From positions 1-64,000 of the IMG/VR virus record IMGVR_UViG_3300027808_000017: a DNA stretch of 64,000 bases. The stretch is one strand, 5' to 3'. The DNA is from a virus. Its lineage: Duplodnaviria > Heunggongvirae > Uroviricota > Caudoviricetes. Positions 19,284 through 28,625 of this stretch are shown here, one piece after another; positions within the stretch are counted from its first letter, which is position 1, and the number at the start of each line of letters is the position of its first letter. Below the pieces are notes generated by a model. The model saw nothing but the letters and a program-made list of their open reading frames with translations. It was not told the origin of the DNA and did not search any database. Position numbers and translations under genes: made by a program.

Positions 19284-19470
19284 TGGTAATGTTGAAAAAG
19301 CATTACGTAAGTTTAAGAAAAAAATTGCAGAGCAAGGTCTACTGCAAGAAGTCCGCGACCGTCAAGAGTTCGTTAAACCCACAGTCAAACGCAAAATTGC
19401 CAAGAGCAAAGCAAAGAGTAGATGGAAGAAACATCTACGAGACCAAGAATTACCCAAAAAACTATATTAA
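19249..19470 (+). CDS. rpsU: 30S ribosomal protein S21
   Basis: VLVTDGNVEKALRKFKKKIAEQGLLQEVRDRQEFVKPTVKRK aligns with bacterial S21 ([43 protein letters not shown]); overlaps clpX 3' end. Confidence 0.75.
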   Translation: MTKKGRQVLVTDGNVEKALRKFKKKIAEQGLLQEVRDRQEFVKPTVKRKIAKSKAKSRWKKHLRDQELPKKLY

Positions 19471-19573
19471 CCTAAATAGTTGTATATATTGCACAATCAT
19501 GTAAAATATATACTGTAGTAGATGCCTAACGGGTCTATTACAACACAATCTTGCTTTAACAAAGGAGAAAATT

Positions 19574-21490
19574 ATGAGCAAAGTAATCGGTATCGACCTA
19601 GGTACCACAAATTCATGTGTAGCCGTCATTGAAAACGGAATCCCCAAAGTAATTGAAAACAGCGAAGGTGCTAGAACTACACCCTCAATCGTTGCCTATG
19701 CCAACGATGAGATTCTTGTAGGTGCTAGTGCTAAACGTCAAGCAGTTACTAATCCAAAAAATACAATCTACGCCGCAAAGCGACTGATTGGTCGTAAATT
19801 CAAAGAAGAGGCTGTACAAAAAGATATTAACTTGATGCCGTATACCATCGTTGAAAATGACAATGGTGATGCATGGGTTCAGTTAAACGATAATAAGTTA
19901 GCACCCCCGCAGATTTCAGCGGAAGTCTTACGCAAGATGAAAAAGACTGCGGAAGATTATCTAGGTCATGAAGTTACACAAGCAGTTATTACTGTTCCCG
20001 CTTATTTTAATGATAGTCAAAGACAAGCGACAAAAGATGCAGGTAAAATTGCAGGCTTGGAAGTATTGCGTATCATTAACGAACCCACAGCAGCCGCATT
20101 AGCGTATGGTGTAGATAAACAGGAAAAGCGTGACCGTAAAGTTGCTGTATATGACTTAGGTGGTGGTACCTTTGACGTATCAATCATTGAGATTGCCAAC
20201 GTTGATGGTGACACACAAGTTGAAGTATTGTCAACAAATGGCGATACATTCTTGGGTGGTGAAGACTTTGACCAACGCATCATGGACTACTTGATTAGTG
20301 AATTCAAAAAGGATTCAGGAGTCGATTTAAGTAAAGACATGCTAGCACTGCAACGACTAAAAGAAGCCGCAGAAAAGGCTAAGATTGAGTTGTCAAGTAC
20401 AGCACAAACAGATGTTAACTTACCATATGTAACAGCAGATGCTAGCGGTCCTAAGCACATGAACATTAAGTTGTCACGTAGCAAATTGGAACAGTTAGTT
20501 GATGAATTGATTCAACGCAGTATTCAACCATGTAAGACAGCTATGGCTGATGCTAAGATTTCAATAAGTGATATTGACGAGGTTATTCTTGTTGGTGGTA
20601 TGACACGTATGCCTAAAGTACAAGAAATGGTTGAATCATTTTTTGGTAAAGCACCTCGCAAGGACGTTAACCCGGATGAGGCAGTTGCCGCTGGTGCCGC
20701 TATTCAGGGTGATGTATTAGGTGGTGGACGCACAGATGTTTTATTGCTTGATGTTACTCCATTGAGTCTTGGCATTGAAACAATGGGTGGTGTGATGAGT
20801 AAGTTGATTCAAAAGAATACAACTATTCCTACTAAACAAAGTCAAACATTCAGTACAGCAGAAAACAATCAACAAGCGGTTACTATTAAAGTATTCCAAG
20901 GTGAACGTGAAATTGCACAATACAACAAGTTGCTAGGTGATTTTAACTTAGATGGAATTCCACCAGCACCAAAAGGTATGCCTCAAATCGAAGTTACATT
21001 TGATATTGATGCTAACGGCATTATGCACATCGGTGCAAAGGACAAAGGTACTGGTAAGGAAAACAAAATCACTATTAAATCAAACAGTGGTTTGAGTGAA
21101 TCAGAGATTCAAGAAATGGTTAAAGATGCTGAATTGAATGCTGAATCTGACAAGAAAGCCCGTGAATTAATTGAGGCACGTAATGGTGCAGAATCAACAT
21201 TGTATGGATTCAAACAAGACTTTAATAAGTACAGTGACAAAGTTACTGAAGAAGAAAAAACTAAAGCCGAAGAAGCAATCAAAGCAGTTGAAGAAGCAAT
21301 CAACGGGGATGACCCAACCGTTATCCAAGATAGTATTCCTAAATTATATGAGGCAATTGGTCCAATCACTAAAGCTAAAAGTGATGAAGAAGCCAAGAAA
21401 AAGGCTGAAGAGGCAACTAAGACTACAGAAGCACCAAAAGATGACAATGTAGTTGATGCAGAAGTTAAAGAGTCACCGGAGACTGTTTAA
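19574..21490 (+). CDS. dnaK: chaperone DnaK (Hsp70)
   Basis: [18 protein letters not shown]..., full-length Hsp70 (638 aa); RBS AAAGGAG. Confidence 0.9.
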   Translation: MSKVIGIDLGTTNSCVAVIENGIPKVIENSEGARTTPSIVAYANDEILVGASAKRQAVTNPKNTIYAAKRLIGRKFKEEAVQKDINLMPYTIVENDNGDAWVQLNDNKLAPPQISAEVLRKMKKTAEDYLGHEVTQAVITVPAYFNDSQRQATKDAGKIAGLEVLRIINEPTAAALAYGVDKQEKRDRKVAVYDLGGGTFDVSIIEIANVDGDTQVEVLSTNGDTFLGGEDFDQRIMDYLISEFKKDSGVDLSKDMLALQRLKEAAEKAKIELSSTAQTDVNLPYVTADASGPKHMNIKLSRSKLEQLVDELIQRSIQPCKTAMADAKISISDIDEVILVGGMTRMPKVQEMVESFFGKAPRKDVNPDEAVAAGAAIQGDVLGGGRTDVLLLDVTPLSLGIETMGGVMSKLIQKNTTIPTKQSQTFSTAENNQQAVTIKVFQGEREIAQYNKLLGDFNLDGIPPAPKGMPQIEVTFDIDANGIMHIGAKDKGTGKENKITIKSNSGLSESEIQEMVKDAELNAESDKKARELIEARNGAESTLYGFKQDFNKYSDKVTEEEKTKAEEAIKAVEEAINGDDPTVIQDSIPKLYEAIGPITKAKSDEEAKKKAEEATKTTEAPKDDNVVDAEVKESPETV

Positions 21491-21554
21491 ACTTTAGATC
21501 GGGTGCCGCATTGCGGGCCCGACAATTATTCTTGCTTTATTAAGGAGATATAAA

Positions 21555-22001
21555 ATGACAAGAGAATTAACATTAAGAGCGTTAGACATACCAACCATTC
21601 ATAGATTTGGAATAGGATTTGATTCTATGATAGATGAACTGATGCGTATGAATGCAACGCAAACTAACACCAACTACCCACCCTATAATATAGTAAAAGA
21701 ATCTGAGGATCGATTTGCTATTGAAGTAGCGGTTGCTGGGTTTAGTGAAGGTGAGGTTTCTATTGAAATAGAGAATCGTGTACTTACAATTGCCGGTAAC
21801 AAAATACATGACTTAGATAATCCTAAAGAATATCTACATCATGGGATAAGTAACCGTAATTTTATTCGTGAATTTTCTTTAGCAGAACATGTTGAAGTTA
21901 AAAGTGCTATAAATGAAAACGGGATCTTATCTATTGGACTAGAACGAATTATTCCAGAAGAGCATAAGCCCAAGAAGATTGTAATAAATTACAATAAATA
22001 A
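21555..22001 (+). CDS. small heat-shock protein (Hsp20/IbpA family)
   Basis: alpha-crystallin-like core (AVAGFSEGEVSIEIENRVLTIAG), 148 aa. Confidence 0.75.
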   Translation: MTRELTLRALDIPTIHRFGIGFDSMIDELMRMNATQTNTNYPPYNIVKESEDRFAIEVAVAGFSEGEVSIEIENRVLTIAGNKIHDLDNPKEYLHHGISNRNFIREFSLAEHVEVKSAINENGILSIGLERIIPEEHKPKKIVINYNK

Positions 22002-22024
22002 TATAATAGCATATCGTAAATACA

Positions 22025-22052
22025 AGTGTGCGGGAAACTGCACACTTTTTTG
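22025..22052 (+). terminator. rho-independent terminator
   Basis: AGTGTGC-GGGAAACT-GCACACT followed by T6. Confidence 0.6.
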
Positions 22053-22063
22053 AAAGAGAAAAA

Positions 22064-22369
22064 ATGGCACAAACAGATACGAACCTAAGCGTAAGACCTA
22101 TAGTTGATGTAAAGGAACCACCGTTGTTCAGAGTAATTTATATGAATGATGATTTAACCAGTATGGAATTTGTTATACGGAGTTTGATTGATCATTTTCA
22201 TTACACAGATGAAACCGCAGTGAATATCACAACTGGAATTCATGATTCCGGAAGTGCAGTAGTTGCAGTGTTACCATATGAAATTGCAGAACAAAAGGGT
22301 ATTGAAGTAACTATGGAAGCCAGAACTGAGGGCTATCCGTTACAAGTTAAAATTGAGGCCGAGACTTAA
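22064..22369 (+). CDS. clpS: ATP-dependent Clp protease adaptor ClpS
   Basis: PLFRVIYMNDDLTSMEFVIRSLIDHF...VAVLPYEIAEQKGIEVTMEARTEGYPLQ aligns with ClpS ([20 protein letters not shown]...); start moved to ATG 22064 after terminator. Confidence 0.65.
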   Translation: MAQTDTNLSVRPIVDVKEPPLFRVIYMNDDLTSMEFVIRSLIDHFHYTDETAVNITTGIHDSGSAVVAVLPYEIAEQKGIEVTMEARTEGYPLQVKIEAET

Positions 22370-23054
22370 ATTCTATTCGTTTAGGGTAATAAGGATTTCG
22401 GCCCGCACACGGGTTATTAAGGTAGTTGATATTGTCTAAGACAGTATCAACTATTTTTCCATGTGTGCCAAATACCCAGTGAGATACTTTGTTTTCAGTA
22501 TCATATTCTAATGCATCAGTTAGTGGTCCGGCATCATGCATATCAGGTTCTTCACCATAATATAATTTTTTAGTTGGTACAGAACTAGAAACTACCATAA
22601 TATGTTCTACTTCTGAATGGACCTGTAATCTGTGTATAGTACTGCATAGATATGAAACATCCTCATATCCAGCAACAATTAATTCTATTTCAGCCATTTT
22701 ATTTCTAGGCTTATAATTTCCATACCATCCATTAGTGGCTACGATTGCTATCTCATTTAGCACCACTACATTATCATGTAAGAATATTACATTCTTTAAT
22801 GACGCACAAATTTCTCCAATTTCTTTGATACGTTTTTCTCTAATAATTACAGTAGAGTGTTCTAACGCACCATCAATAAAAAAGACACCCTGATAGCAAT
22901 TACTCAGGGTGTCTAATACTGTTTGTAGCATTGCTAAATCATTACTGACATTACCCGCAACAATACAATATAAACTTGTAGGTTTATCTTCCCAGATAAA
23001 GGTGTCATCTACTGATAAATTCAAATCACTAATTACATCAAATCCAAGTATCAT
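22347..23054 (-). CDS. putative calcineurin-like metallophosphoesterase
   Basis: N-terminal D-x-SDLNL, later GN/GTHGK motifs; 235 aa. Confidence 0.4.
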   Translation of the reverse strand: MILGFDVISDLNLSVDDTFIWEDKPTSLYCIVAGNVSNDLAMLQTVLDTLSNCYQGVFFIDGALEHSTVIIREKRIKEIGEICASLKNVIFLHDNVVVLNEIAIVATNGWYGNYKPRNKMAEIELIVAGYEDVSYLCSTIHRLQVHSEVEHIMVVSSSVPTKKLYYGEEPDMHDAGPLTDALEYDTENKVSHWVFGTHGKIVDTVLDNINYLNNPCAGRNPYYPKRIEFKSRPQF

Positions 23055-23115
23055 GTTTTCAACAGTTAATATGGAAATAGGACTACTGCCCTATTTCGCA
23101 ATAAAGCAGTATATA

Positions 23116-23403
23116 TTACGCTTTTGGTTTAGCTTTAGTTGTTTTAGAGGCTACTTTTTTAACGGCAGCAACTGCATCTTTAACATCAACTTTGCCGTCT
23201 TCATTGACATCTAATGCTTTTTTAACACGGGTGGTAGTCTTTTTAGCAACTTCCTTAACAACCGCTACTTCAACTTTGACTTCAGCAACGGCTTCTTTGA
23301 CAACTTCTTCAACCTTAGCAATTGCTTCTGGTTCAGATTTAGCCAAATAATTCCATAATGAGTAAACAGCAATCACTGCAACGACAACGATAATAATTTC
23401 CAT
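23116..23403 (-). CDS. membrane-anchored Ala/Val/Lys-rich repeat protein
   Basis: N-terminal TM MEIIIVVVAVIAVY; internal repeats VKEAVAEVKVEV / VKDAVAAVKKVASKTTKAKPKA. Confidence 0.5.
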   Translation of the reverse strand: MEIIIVVVAVIAVYSLWNYLAKSEPEAIAKVEEVVKEAVAEVKVEVAVVKEVAKKTTTRVKKALDVNEDGKVDVKDAVAAVKKVASKTTKAKPKA

Positions 23404-23434
23404 AGTAAAATCTCCTTGAACTAATATTTATGAC

Positions 23435-23944
23435 TTGAGGTTCCAAAGCAGATTTTTTCATAAATACTGTATGTTCAAGTCCTTGTCATTGCGAGAGTTG
23501 ATGGATCTACCCTTGCCCAAAATCACCGCGCAAAAAAGACTACTATTTAGACCGGATTTAGAGGATGTGGAACATGTCTATGATTTGTTAAATGAGCATG
23601 TTTTTGATAATATTTTAGTTAAGCCTAATATTAAATTGGGCACATGCCGAGACTATTGGGGAATGTGTTATGGGGAGGACAATCCCTATAATAGCGGAAC
23701 TTATTGCAGAATCAAACTAAGTGACAAATGGTATTCTGCTCAATGGATGGTGACAATGTTATCGCATGAAATGAGTCATCAGTATCAATGGGATGTTTAC
23801 AGTCATGGTCGTAAGACTAGAGTTATGAGCCATGGACCTAGTTTCTACAGATATCAATTAAAGATGCGGGAACACAATATTTCATTGAAAACATACTATT
23901 CTACTAGACAATGGTTTAATAAACAAGATTTGTTTAAAGCGTGA
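23435..23944 (+). CDS. SprT-like zinc metallopeptidase
   Basis: HEMSHQYQW...H motif in SprT-like context; 169 aa (true start may be Met 23471). Confidence 0.55.
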   Translation: MRFQSRFFHKYCMFKSLSLRELMDLPLPKITAQKRLLFRPDLEDVEHVYDLLNEHVFDNILVKPNIKLGTCRDYWGMCYGEDNPYNSGTYCRIKLSDKWYSAQWMVTMLSHEMSHQYQWDVYSHGRKTRVMSHGPSFYRYQLKMREHNISLKTYYSTRQWFNKQDLFKA

Positions 23945-23963
23945 AAGAGATAAATACATTACT

Positions 23964-25457
23964 ATGAGAGCAATTGAATTTTTAAAAGAATCCCAAGGTG
24001 GTATATTCCGCCGTGCCCAAGAGGTTGACCAAGGTGCGGAAATCAAGTTTAAAAACGCGGAAACAAACCAAGAAATTAAACTACTGTCAGCAGAAGTATT
24101 TCCTCAAACTGGACAATACCAAACATATGAAGAATTAGACCAAGCAGTTACTGATTTTTGTACTATGTTTGAAGTTCCACCGGAGAACGTTCAGTATGCA
24201 GGTAAACCAGATAAATCACGTGCCGCAATGGTAAGTATTTGGACGGATTTAACATCAGGTGAACCAATGGCGTTTGTTAAACTTGCTACAAAACGTAGTG
24301 AAGGTGCTTCACCTATTATGCAGAGTAATGCTGATTTTAAGAATGCGTTTGGTTATGGAGATGTAGGTAAGACAGCACAACGTCAAACATTACAATTAAA
24401 ACCAAAAGACGTATTAGCATTTGATGAATGGTTAAATCCACAAGGTGTTATACGCAGTGTTACTAGCAGATTGAAAACTAGAAGTGACCTAGACGAAAAC
24501 CTGAAGCAAGGATTAGTACAGCTTGTAACTAATGTTGCCCAAGGTGTCAGTGAGCCTGTGCCGGGTATGGCACAATATTTAACAACGTTAGAAGTTGATT
24601 ACGGTGAGGTACCTGCCCCTATTGCGTTAATTACAGGTAATTTTGTAGGAGGAGACTATCTGCAAGCCGAAAAAGGATTATTAGGTCCATTAGGTTTAAA
24701 ATGGAGCGATTTATCAAAAATATTGTATCCCAAGGCCGGGGGCGAAAAGATTTATGATAGTTACATTTATATTGATGAAGAAACCAAACTTAAAGTAAGT
24801 TCAAAAGATAAAAAAGGCGGCGCAGCCGCTAGTATTACTGGATTAATTGATGAAATTAACAAAACACCAGAAAAATTTCAAAGTGTATTACTTAATAAAA
24901 AATTCGGCTCTTTACTTAATATATGTAGGACAATTGCTAGCGCACCAAATACATATCAAGGAAGTGCAAAAAAGAGTAGCAAAAGTATAAATGGCCCTTT
25001 AATTTTAGCTGTAAATACTTTTAAATTTATTGACGACAATGATGCTAGAACAATTGTAGGGTTGATGAACTCCCCAAATAATAAAATGATGCCAGAACAA
25101 GCATACAAAAAAAATGTCATTGGTCCTAATTTATGGAAGATAATTTCAGTTAAAGGTGCCAATTATAAGGACCCGGGATATAATTTAGGTTATCATGTAA
25201 TGGCATGTGTTGCAAAAAATATTGCTAATATATGTAATAGCGATCCAAATACTGATAAATTTTTTAGGTCTATTTTGGAAAGATCCAACATGGTACAAGT
25301 TAAAACTACAGTTAAAAAATCCGGTGACGGGGCGGCATTTACTAATTTTGTTGTAATGTATCCTCCGGTCTTCGATGGCAAAATGACTATGCATGCGGAT
25401 AACAATTATATGGCGACACGAAAGCCAATCGCACCATTAAGTTTCAAAATGCCTTAA
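23964..25457 (+). CDS. hypothetical protein (497 aa)
   Basis: N-terminus MRAIEFLKES resembles N-terminus of 863-aa protein at 46123. Confidence 0.5.
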   Translation: MRAIEFLKESQGGIFRRAQEVDQGAEIKFKNAETNQEIKLLSAEVFPQTGQYQTYEELDQAVTDFCTMFEVPPENVQYAGKPDKSRAAMVSIWTDLTSGEPMAFVKLATKRSEGASPIMQSNADFKNAFGYGDVGKTAQRQTLQLKPKDVLAFDEWLNPQGVIRSVTSRLKTRSDLDENLKQGLVQLVTNVAQGVSEPVPGMAQYLTTLEVDYGEVPAPIALITGNFVGGDYLQAEKGLLGPLGLKWSDLSKILYPKAGGEKIYDSYIYIDEETKLKVSSKDKKGGAAASITGLIDEINKTPEKFQSVLLNKKFGSLLNICRTIASAPNTYQGSAKKSSKSINGPLILAVNTFKFIDDNDARTIVGLMNSPNNKMMPEQAYKKNVIGPNLWKIISVKGANYKDPGYNLGYHVMACVAKNIANICNSDPNTDKFFRSILERSNMVQVKTTVKKSGDGAAFTNFVVMYPPVFDGKMTMHADNNYMATRKPIAPLSFKMP

Positions 25458-25519
25458 CCAAAACTCTTTTAATTTGTTTTACAACGTGTTATACTTGTAA
25501 AACATTTTAAAGGAAGTTT

Positions 25520-26107
25520 ATGAGTCTAGTCCCAATCGTCATTGAACAAACAAGCAAAGGTGAGCGTAGTTATGATATCTACAGCCGTCTATTGCGTGAC
25601 CGTGTAATTTTACTTGAGGGTGAAGTACATGACCAAATGGCAAATCTTATTGTTGCCCAATTGCTATTCCTAGAATCAGAGGGTGACAAGGATATTTCAA
25701 TGTATATCAATAGTCCCGGCGGTAGTGTGACAGCAGGTATGGCAATCTATGATGCTATGCAATTCGTTAAGCCTGATATTCATACAATTGTAATGGGTCA
25801 GGCATGTTCTATGGGTAGTCTACTCGCACAATCAGGTGCACCCGGTAAACGTTTTATGTTGCCCAATGCAAGGCACATGATTCATCAACCTTCAGGTGGT
25901 GCAAGAGGTCAAGCAACTGATATGCTGATTCAGGTAAATGAAATACTTGAAATGAAAAAGAACCTAACAGGAATCTACACTAAGCACAATTCAAAAGGTA
26001 AAACTTTTGATGTACTCCAAGCTGATATGGAACGTGATAATTTTATGAGTGCTCAACAAGCATTTGACTATGGACTAGTAGACGAAATAGTTACAAAGCG
26101 AGGTTAA
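25520..26107 (+). CDS. clpP: ATP-dependent Clp protease proteolytic subunit ClpP
   Basis: [27 protein letters not shown] (Ser), HQP...GQATD (His/Asp) catalytic triad context; 195 aa. Confidence 0.9.
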   Translation: MSLVPIVIEQTSKGERSYDIYSRLLRDRVILLEGEVHDQMANLIVAQLLFLESEGDKDISMYINSPGGSVTAGMAIYDAMQFVKPDIHTIVMGQACSMGSLLAQSGAPGKRFMLPNARHMIHQPSGGARGQATDMLIQVNEILEMKKNLTGIYTKHNSKGKTFDVLQADMERDNFMSAQQAFDYGLVDEIVTKRG

Positions 26108-26109
26108 TT

Positions 26110-26850
26110 ATGGAAGAACTAATTGACCTTTCATATGCTCATCATATCCAAGATACCGTTGACATAGAAACTATATGTTCAAATGCAATTGAAGTTAATT
26201 CAATGGAACCCTATTGTTGGCCATTAGATATACCAATAGATAAAGAATTATTATTAGAAAGTTGGAACAAGCTATTTGTTTCGCTTGGTTATACTTATGA
26301 ATCTATGACCGCATTAATGCGTGAGTATTTTGTAGAAAAATATAAACAATTAGGTCACCCCAAAGATCCAATTGCATGGGATATGAATCTAACACATTAT
26401 ACCGAACTAACCGGTGATGATCGATGGAATAAGTTCAGAGGTACCGTCGAATGGATTCTAGAAGATGGCGGAGATCCTAAAAGAGCCACTGAGATGTTAT
26501 CAGAAATAAAAAATACATACTTAGAACATGTCATCAACAGTTTATTTGAGCATCATGCTAAGAATTTTAATAGAGAATTTAAAGGGCAACTTAATGTAAC
26601 TTGGGTTGGTCCTGGTCAACGATATAATCTTCACAACGATAATAATATCTATTTAAGATATCATATTCCGATCATAACAGATCCAAAAGTCTTTTGGATA
26701 TTTCAGGATGTAAATAATGTTGAACAATATTATAAAATGCACATGCCGGTTGGTGCTGTATGGATGTTAAATCCTGTACAAGTAGTACATACCGTAGTAA
26801 ACCAATGGGACCATGCAAGGGCACATTTATTATTGTCCGAGTTTAGATAA
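26110..26850 (+). CDS. putative aspartyl/asparaginyl beta-hydroxylase-like (cupin) protein
   Basis: NLHNDNN...RYHIPIITD resembles H-x-D...RxH(L/I)P(L/I) core of Asp beta-hydroxylases. Confidence 0.35.
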   Translation: MEELIDLSYAHHIQDTVDIETICSNAIEVNSMEPYCWPLDIPIDKELLLESWNKLFVSLGYTYESMTALMREYFVEKYKQLGHPKDPIAWDMNLTHYTELTGDDRWNKFRGTVEWILEDGGDPKRATEMLSEIKNTYLEHVINSLFEHHAKNFNREFKGQLNVTWVGPGQRYNLHNDNNIYLRYHIPIITDPKVFWIFQDVNNVEQYYKMHMPVGAVWMLNPVQVVHTVVNQWDHARAHLLLSEFR

Positions 26851-27531
26851 AATTAATTTAGAAAATGCTATATGAGCTTCTTGGTTAAAATGACCTAACG
26901 GCAATCGTTCATGCCCTTGATTCATACACCAAGTACTAAAATCTTCAAAGATTATTTTGCTAGTGTCAACGTGTTGAATTGAATTATAAATATCACTAAA
27001 TCCAAAAATATGAAAGTAATTTGAGGATAGATTTTTACATGTTTGGTCAACATAAAACAATGCATTTTCCACTCCGGTATCATTTATCCTTAGCATGTGT
27101 TCAATAAAATGCTTGTTAATTGGATGATGTTTTAAATTATTTTTATATTGATTTCCGCTCCACTGTATACCTAATTGAATGTAATTTGTATTGTCTCTCG
27201 CATAAAAATTTCCCTTATCAGGATAGTATAGTTCTTTTCGATGTGGTTCTGTATAAAAAAATAATACCAAACTATCAGGATGATCCGTCAGTGCTTTTGG
27301 TAAAATACGTAAACTGCGTTCATTACTCCCACCACTAAGAGCATAATTATAGCAAGGAATATTAAGGCTATCAGCTACTAACTTGGGGAAAGAAAAAGAT
27401 TTTGTTTGATTATCCATGTACTCCAAAGTAATACTACCTTTGATGTAATCGTTGACCAAATCCTCTCCCAATAATTCACATCCTGCAACATGGCTATCAC
27501 CAAATGCTAGCACCGACTTATAGTTTTTCAT
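26830..27531 (-). CDS. SGNH/GDSL-family hydrolase
   Basis: N-terminal block I motif VLAFGDSHVAG. Confidence 0.55.
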   Translation of the reverse strand: MKNYKSVLAFGDSHVAGCELLGEDLVNDYIKGSITLEYMDNQTKSFSFPKLVADSLNIPCYNYALSGGSNERSLRILPKALTDHPDSLVLFFYTEPHRKELYYPDKGNFYARDNTNYIQLGIQWSGNQYKNNLKHHPINKHFIEHMLRINDTGVENALFYVDQTCKNLSSNYFHIFGFSDIYNSIQHVDTSKIIFEDFSTWCMNQGHERLPLGHFNQEAHIAFSKLILSKLGQ

Positions 27532-27559
27532 AGTACATATTTAGTTAACAAAAATATGG

Positions 27560-27588
27560 TTGACAATAAATCACTTTGGGTATACAAT
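27560..27588 (+). promoter_or_regulatory. sigma70-type early promoter (family member)
   Basis: TTGACA-17(ATAAATCACTTTGGGTA)-TACAAT. Confidence 0.6.
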
Positions 27589-27617
27589 AGAGGCTTCTGT
27601 AGAGAAAAGGAGTTTTT

Positions 27618-27818
27618 ATGTCTTACGTTGTTTTCAAGCATAACAAAGAATACGGTCCTCGACAAGGTCTCGAGGGTCCGTTTCACTATCCCAATGGTCG
27701 TGTTCTGTATTACGATCCTAAAGCAGGTGAGTACTACGATCCTCGTACCGACTTTTACGTTGACCGTGACGAGGTCTCAGACCTGCAAAATTCTATCTTT
27801 GACATCCTGAAAGGTTAA
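27618..27818 (+). CDS. hypothetical early protein
   Basis: 66 aa; RBS AAAGGAG. Confidence 0.5.
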   Translation: MSYVVFKHNKEYGPRQGLEGPFHYPNGRVLYYDPKAGEYYDPRTDFYVDRDEVSDLQNSIFDILKG

Positions 27819-27819
27819 T

Positions 27820-28038
27820 ATGAACAGCTTATATGCTTTAGTATTCATTATGGCAGGTTCACCCCCTGCATATTTAGGTAACTATACTGGTCTGAATAGT
27901 TGTCAAAAGGCTATACGTGATATCTACAGTGGTCGCTTGAATCCAACCGGCGAATATTTGCCAGAGTTAGACAAAAGTATTAAATTGATAATGAAGAATA
28001 AAAAAGAATTTATTTGCATTCCGGTGTCAAAAGACTGA
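27820..28038 (+). CDS. hypothetical protein
   Basis: 72 aa. Confidence 0.45.
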   Translation: MNSLYALVFIMAGSPPAYLGNYTGLNSCQKAIRDIYSGRLNPTGEYLPELDKSIKLIMKNKKEFICIPVSKD

Positions 28039-28044
28039 AAACGG

Positions 28045-28073
28045 TTGACAATAAATGGCTTTGGGTATATAAT
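28045..28073 (+). promoter_or_regulatory. sigma70-type early promoter (family member)
   Basis: TTGACA-17(ATAAATGGCTTTGGGTA)-TATAAT; UTR AGAATCTTAAACAGTAAAGAAAAGGA. Confidence 0.65.
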
Positions 28074-28106
28074 AGAATCTTAAACAGTAAAGAAAAGGAC
28101 TTGCAA

Positions 28107-28379
28107 ATGCGTACACCAACTATAATTTATGGTTTGAAAAATTCTCAGAAAATTCGCATCATTTTCAAAGGTGATGGTTCTGAGAATGAAATTGGATTGT
28201 ACATGACAGTACAACAATCGGTGACAATGTTTGCTACCGCTCTCTCACGTAGCCTAGCTTGGGATGCATTATTGCAATTGTCATCTATACGTCAGGAAGC
28301 ACAAAAATATAACGAACCGATTCCAACAGGGATCGGCACTACAATTCGTGGCAAGCAAATTCAAGTTGATTTGGTCTGA
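28107..28379 (+). CDS. hypothetical early protein
   Basis: ATG 28107 (MRTPTIIYGL) after UTR/RBS; track ORF extends upstream through promoter. Confidence 0.5.
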   Translation: MRTPTIIYGLKNSQKIRIIFKGDGSENEIGLYMTVQQSVTMFATALSRSLAWDALLQLSSIRQEAQKYNEPIPTGIGTTIRGKQIQVDLV

Positions 28380-28389
28380 GGAGACAAAA

Positions 28390-28557
28390 ATGAAATTAGA
28401 AACCGCTCTTAACGTGATCCATAAAGAAGGTAAATTCTTAGGATTGACTTCCTTCGCAATGATGCAATTCATTGCAAAGAATCCCCTAGCACAACCTAAA
28501 AAGACATTAGAAGCCTTTAAGGTTGTAAAAGAAAGTGTTACAAATACTTTTGAATAA
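28390..28557 (+). CDS. hypothetical small protein (55 aa)
   Basis: MKLETALNVIHKEGKF...; RBS GAGGAGACAAAA. Confidence 0.4.
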   Translation: MKLETALNVIHKEGKFLGLTSFAMMQFIAKNPLAQPKKTLEAFKVVKESVTNTFE

Positions 28558-28562
28558 AAAGG

Positions 28563-28591
28563 TTGACGATAAATCGTTTTGGGTATATAAT
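28563..28591 (+). promoter_or_regulatory. sigma70-type early promoter (family member)
   Basis: TTGACG-17(ATAAATCGTTTTGGGTA)-TATAAT. Confidence 0.6.
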
Positions 28592-28625
28592 AGAATCTTA
28601 AACAGTAAACAACAGGAGTTAGCAA

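Noticed and set aside
20017-20484. Minus-strand ORFs 20017-20283 and 20287-20484
   Set aside because: They are antisense within the highly conserved dnaK CDS. Such frames are statistically expected opposite long genes.
21491-21535. Terminator after dnaK (GC-rich imperfect palindrome CGGGTGCCGCATTGCGGGCCCG)
   Set aside because: The stem is imperfect and there is no following T-run. It may be a structured element but not a canonical intrinsic terminator.
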